The position numbers and the translations under genes are program-made. The notes under the pieces are model-generated. The model ran no database searches. It worked only from the letters and a program-made list of their open reading frames with translations, and was not told where the DNA came from. This document shows, piece after piece, positions 59,901-64,000 of a stretch of DNA of 64,000 bases. The DNA lies in assembly GCA_018971265.1 (NCBI GenBank), contig JAGXBE010000001.1:1051-65050 (forward strand), written 5' to 3'. This stretch comes from Patescibacteria group bacterium. GTDB lineage: Bacteria; Patescibacteriota; Minisyncoccia; Phycocordibacterales; Phycocordibacteraceae. The stretch's first letter is position 1, and each line of letters begins with the position of its first letter.

Positions 59901-60964
59901 TAAGTACCGCTGCGCGCGTGCTCATTCCTTCAGCAACCTCTTTTGCGCTCGGCATAGCATTCGCGCCTTTTCTGGCCAGCATTTTATATCGCGCGAAAGC
60001 ATGGAAGAAAAAAGCGGGGAAGGGTAGTGGTATCGGCGGTGGCGGTACGCCCATCTTCGACGAACTCCACAGAGAGCGGGAGGTTTCGACGCCGCGCATG
60101 GGCGGCATTCTTATCTGGGCTTCCGTACTCGTAACCGCGCTGCTTTTCCTTATCTTTGCGCAAACGCTCGATACCTTCTGGCCAGCACTTAATTTCGTAA
60201 ACCGCCGCGAAACATGGCTTCCTATTTTCGCACTTGCGGCAGGTGCTATCGCGGGACTTATCGATGACTTCCTTGAAGTAACCCGAGGGAAGGGCGGACT
60301 CTCTCTTGCTCGCCGACTTTCTATCGTCGGTGGCATAGGGCTTGTCGGTGGCTGGTGGTTTTACAGCAAGCTTGGCGTAAGCGCGGTCGGTGTTCCTTTT
60401 GCCGCTCCGCTCGTGATCGGGTGGCTGCTGATTCCATTTTTCGCACTCGTTACGCTTGCAATCTACGCAGGCGGTACCATCGACGGGCTTGATGGGCTTG
60501 CCGGCGGTGTTTTCGCCATCATCTTTCTGGTTTATGCGGGTATTGCGTTTGGTGAAGGACAGGCATCGCTTGCGGCATTTGCCGCTTCGGTAGCCGGCGC
60601 GACTCTGGCATTTCTTTGGTTCAATATCCCGCCGGCACGTTTCTACATGTCGGAAACCGGCAGTATGGCTCTCACGCTCGCACTTGCAATGACCGCCTTT
60701 GCTTCCGATGCGCTTGCCGGCGGTGTCGGCGTGTTTGTGCTGCCACTGGTCGCGCTTCCGCTCACCGCAACCGTTCTTACAACGTTCTTGCAAGTCTTTT
60801 GGAAAAAAGTTTTCCATAAAAAGCTGTTCCGCGTGGCTCCGATTCACCACCATTTCGAAGCGCTCGGCTGGCCGGCTGCAAAGGTCACCATGCGCTACTG
60901 GGTTATCACCATCATCGCGGGCGTACTCGGCCTCTCCATCGCCCTCCTTTCGCGTCCATTATGA
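59897..60964 (+). CDS. mraY: Phospho-N-acetylmuramoyl-pentapeptide transferase
   Basis: TPRMGG, GLIDD, DGLDGL, FLWFNIPPARFYM, APIHHHFE. Confidence 0.95.
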   Translation: MISTAARVLIPSATSFALGIAFAPFLASILYRAKAWKKKAGKGSGIGGGGTPIFDELHREREVSTPRMGGILIWASVLVTALLFLIFAQTLDTFWPALNFVNRRETWLPIFALAAGAIAGLIDDFLEVTRGKGGLSLARRLSIVGGIGLVGGWWFYSKLGVSAVGVPFAAPLVIGWLLIPFFALVTLAIYAGGTIDGLDGLAGGVFAIIFLVYAGIAFGEGQASLAAFAASVAGATLAFLWFNIPPARFYMSETGSMALTLALAMTAFASDALAGGVGVFVLPLVALPLTATVLTTFLQVFWKKVFHKKLFRVAPIHHHFEALGWPAAKVTMRYWVITIIAGVLGLSIALLSRPL

Positions 60965-62061
60965 GGTTTGTTCACTCTGGCGATCGTATTTTCTTCATAT
61001 TGATGCTTGCGCTTGCGCTTGCGGGCCTCGCAATCTTCTCCTCAGCGTCCCTGGGCCTTCTCGCTCGCGAGGGCGGGTCGATCTCGCGCGACATTTTGCT
61101 CCAGGCAGGTCTCGGCCTTGGTTTCGGGTTTGCGGCATTTTTCCTTACGCGTACCGCTTCGCTTGATCGGATAAAACGTCTTGCGCCTTATATTTACGGT
61201 GCCACGGTCCTTTTTACCGCGCTCGTTTTCGTTCCTGGAATAGGATTCCATGCGGGCGGGGCAACACGCTGGATCAACCTCCGCTTCACCACCGTACAGC
61301 CCGCTGAATTTTTGAAGATAGGATTCGTGCTTATGCTCGCGTGGTGGCTTGCGCCTCGGGCACGCCAATTCACCGACCCCAAAAAAGGGCTGATCCCTTT
61401 TGCGGCCATACTCGCATTGCCAACCATCCTGTTGCTTATCCAGCCAAATACTTCGACGACACTCCTCATTATCGCTACCGGTTCCGTGATGTATTTCGTC
61501 GCCGGAGCCCCTTGGCGTGATTTCGGTATCCTTACGCTCGGTGTCGTTCTCGGTCTCGGTATCCTCATTTTCATGCGGCCCTACGTATTCGAGCGCATAA
61601 AAACATTCGTCGATCCTTCAGCTCATTCGCTCAGCAGCGGATATCAAATCCAGCAATCTTTGATCGCCGTCGGTTCTGGCGGTCTCCTCGGCCGAGGGTT
61701 CGGTCAGAGTGTGGAAAAGTTCAATTATCTGCCCGAACCCGATGGCGATTCGGTTTTTGCGGTCTTTGCAGAAGAGACCGGTTTTTTCGGCGCAACGGTC
61801 CTTCTCGCGCTCTTCATCGGATTTGCGGCACGCGGGATTGTGATAGCGGGAAACTCGCGGGACTTTTTCGGCGGACTTGTCGCATTCGGGTTTTCTTTCA
61901 TCATAATCCTGCAGGCCTTTATCAATGTCGGCGCGATGCTCGGTATCATCCCGCTCACCGGTCTGCCCCTGCCGTTCATTTCCCATGGCGGAACTGCGCT
62001 TGTGGCGATCTTCCTCATGTGCGGCTTTATCCTCAATGTTGCGGCACGGCATAAAACCTGA
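60961..62061 (+). CDS. ftsW: SEDS peptidoglycan polymerase FtsW
   Basis: GATRWI, QPAEFLK, GYQIQQS, YLPE, PLTGLPLPFISHGG; mraY-murG context. Confidence 0.9.
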   Translation: MRFVHSGDRIFFILMLALALAGLAIFSSASLGLLAREGGSISRDILLQAGLGLGFGFAAFFLTRTASLDRIKRLAPYIYGATVLFTALVFVPGIGFHAGGATRWINLRFTTVQPAEFLKIGFVLMLAWWLAPRARQFTDPKKGLIPFAAILALPTILLLIQPNTSTTLLIIATGSVMYFVAGAPWRDFGILTLGVVLGLGILIFMRPYVFERIKTFVDPSAHSLSSGYQIQQSLIAVGSGGLLGRGFGQSVEKFNYLPEPDGDSVFAVFAEETGFFGATVLLALFIGFAARGIVIAGNSRDFFGGLVAFGFSFIIILQAFINVGAMLGIIPLTGLPLPFISHGGTALVAIFLMCGFILNVAARHKT

Positions 62062-62080
62062 AAGCTGCTATAGTTTACTC

Positions 62081-63220
62081 ATGAAAATAGTGTTTACTGG
62101 CGGGGGGACAGGCGGGCATTTTTATCCGGTCATCGCAATCGCGGAAGCAATACACGATATCGTACGCGAACGGCGGCTTGTCATGCCGCAGCTTTACTTT
62201 CTCGCCCCGGAGCCGCTCGATCAAAAAGCACTTTTTGAGAATAGTATTGTCTATGTGAAGGTTCCCGCGGGTAAGATCCGTCGCTATATCTCACTTCAAA
62301 ATCTTATGAGCGGGTTCACGACTCTTGTTGGATTTTTCTCTGCTCTTTCGATTCTCTTCCGTCTATATCCGGATGTCATCGTGAGTAAGGGAGGATATGG
62401 CAGCATACCGAACGTGCTCGCTGCATGGATTCTTCGTATCCCCATAGTCATCCATGAGTCGGATGCGAAACCCGGTCGGGCAAATCTCCTCGCGGCTCGA
62501 TTCGCCACGAAAATCGCCATCTCTTTCGAGAGCGCCGCAGCATATTTCCCGGAAAATACCCGGGGCAAAATAGCTCGTACCGGTATCCCGGTTAGAAAGG
62601 CCCTCACGCGAGTGGAAAGCGAGGGTGCACGACAGTACCTCGGACTCGAGACGGGGATACCGACCATTCTCATACTTGGCGGGTCGCAGGGTTCGATAAA
62701 AATAAACGAATCAATCCTGTTTTCCTTGCCGGATATCGTTTCCTTCGCTAACGTTATTCACCAGACGGGACTCGCTCATTTTAAGAGTGTCGGGTCAATA
62801 GCGAAGGTCGTGCTCGCGGGAAGCTCGCACGCCGACCGTTATCATCCCTTCAACTACTTCTCCGAAATTTCGCTCCAAAGGGCAGCGGGCATTGCGGATG
62901 TGGTCGTTTCGCGCGCCGGCTCGGGTGCCATAGCTGAAATCGCCCTTTGGAAAAAGCCGGCGATCCTTATCCCGATTCCCGAATCCGTAAGCCATGATCA
63001 GCGTACGAACGCGTATGCATACGCCCGAACGGGAGCAGCGATCGTGCTCGAAGAGGGCAACCTTACGCCGCATATTCTCGGCTCCGAAATACGCCGTATC
63101 GCAAGCGATCCGGAGCTCGGGAAACGCATGGTTGCAGGAGCCGCCGGTTTTACCGACCCTGACGCCGCGCGCATCCTCGCAGAAGCTGTGCTTGCTATCG
63201 CGCTCGCTCACGATTCATGA
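62081..63220 (+). CDS. murG: Lipid II GlcNAc transferase MurG
   Basis: GGGTGGHFYP, KGGY, HESD..PGRAN, GGSQG, SRAG, DQRTNA. Confidence 0.96.
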   Translation: MKIVFTGGGTGGHFYPVIAIAEAIHDIVRERRLVMPQLYFLAPEPLDQKALFENSIVYVKVPAGKIRRYISLQNLMSGFTTLVGFFSALSILFRLYPDVIVSKGGYGSIPNVLAAWILRIPIVIHESDAKPGRANLLAARFATKIAISFESAAAYFPENTRGKIARTGIPVRKALTRVESEGARQYLGLETGIPTILILGGSQGSIKINESILFSLPDIVSFANVIHQTGLAHFKSVGSIAKVVLAGSSHADRYHPFNYFSEISLQRAAGIADVVVSRAGSGAIAEIALWKKPAILIPIPESVSHDQRTNAYAYARTGAAIVLEEGNLTPHILGSEIRRIASDPELGKRMVAGAAGFTDPDAARILAEAVLAIALAHDS

Positions 63221-64000
63221 ATAAAGTTGTCACCCGCTTCGCGCCCTCGCCGACCGGGCTTCTGCATGCCGGTAACTATCGCACGGCAGTTTTTGCGTAT
63301 CTTTTCGCGAAACATGCGCACGGTTCGTTTATCTTGCGCATAGAAGACACCGACAAGGAACGTTCGAGGCCCGAGTATGAAACGAACATCCTTGAGGCGC
63401 TCGCTTGGCTTCAGCTTGATGCGGATCAACGGTATCGCCAAAGCGCCAACGCCATCCGACACCGCGAACTTCTCGAAAAGTTAGTCTCTGAGAACACAGC
63501 ATATGTTTCAAAAGAGACGCCGAGAAATCCGGGCGACAGGGAAGAGGTCATTCGTTTTAGAAACCCGGGCGGGAAAATTTCCTTCATCGACATCGTCCGC
63601 GGCGAAATAGCGATGGATGTCAGCGATTTAGGCGACTTCATCATCGCGCGCTCCTTTGACGAGCCGGTCTTCCACTTTGCGGTTGTCGTCGATGACGCTG
63701 ACGAGGGGGTCACGCACGTGATCCGCGGCGAAGATCATATAGCGAACACGCCACGCCAGATGCTCATCCAACGTGCACTCGGTCTCGCCATCCCCGCATA
63801 CGTACATCTGCCGCTCATTCTTGGTAGCGATCGTTCGAAACTTTCTAAACGTAAGGGGGCAAAGGCGCTTACCGAGTATCGCGATCTGGGTATACTGCCA
63901 GAAGCGATGCTCAATTATCTCGCTCTGCTCGGCTGGAACCCTGGCAACGAGCGTGAATACCTCTCGCGCAAAGATCTTGTCGAAATTTTTGATCTTTCGC
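63217..64000 (+). CDS. gltX: Glutamate--tRNA ligase (partial, runs off the window)
   Basis: Manual translation MNKVVTRFAPSPTGLLHAG..LRIEDTD..VVDD..THVIRGEDH..KLSKR. Confidence 0.95.
   Translation, partial: MNKVVTRFAPSPTGLLHAGNYRTAVFAYLFAKHAHGSFILRIEDTDKERSRPEYETNILEALAWLQLDADQRYRQSANAIRHRELLEKLVSENTAYVSKETPRNPGDREEVIRFRNPGGKISFIDIVRGEIAMDVSDLGDFIIARSFDEPVFHFAVVVDDADEGVTHVIRGEDHIANTPRQMLIQRALGLAIPAYVHLPLILGSDRSKLSKRKGAKALTEYRDLGILPEAMLNYLALLGWNPGNEREYLSRKDLVEIFDLS

Overview
GC-rich bacterial chromosome segment, almost all on the + strand, standard code (TGA used as stop). It is dominated by housekeeping genes: tgt-uvrBAC-ndk-ddl, a tRNA cluster, the F1Fo ATP synthase operon, ychF, leuS, mltG-mnmA, ung, alaS, infA-rpmJ-rpsMKD-rpoA-rplQ-rplM-rpsI, grpE-dnaK-dnaJ, tyrS-tRNA-Tyr-trpS-aspS, scpAB, mraY-ftsW-murG and partial gltX. 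The compact or truncated proteins, very short intergenic spacers and accessory families (VirB4/coupling-protein-like ATPase, DUF5663- and DUF5671-like, sigma-region-4/HARE-HTH, FtsA-like plus baseplate-J-like pair) suggest Patescibacteria (CPR, probably Parcubacteria); this is inference, not a database result. I saw no CRISPR array, prophage or transposase. The most unusual signal is in the tRNA cluster at 15.6-16.7 kb. A complete tRNA-Val(CAC), bracketed by a perfect 13-bp inverted repeat, sits inside the anticodon loop of a second, otherwise intact tRNA gene. Three neighbouring tRNAs are each followed by an antisense copy of their own T-arm. Other signals: palindromic in-frame insertions in mnmA and infA, a Nudix domain inserted in LeuRS, widespread leaderless-type extended -10 promoters, and a candidate 6S-like RNA.
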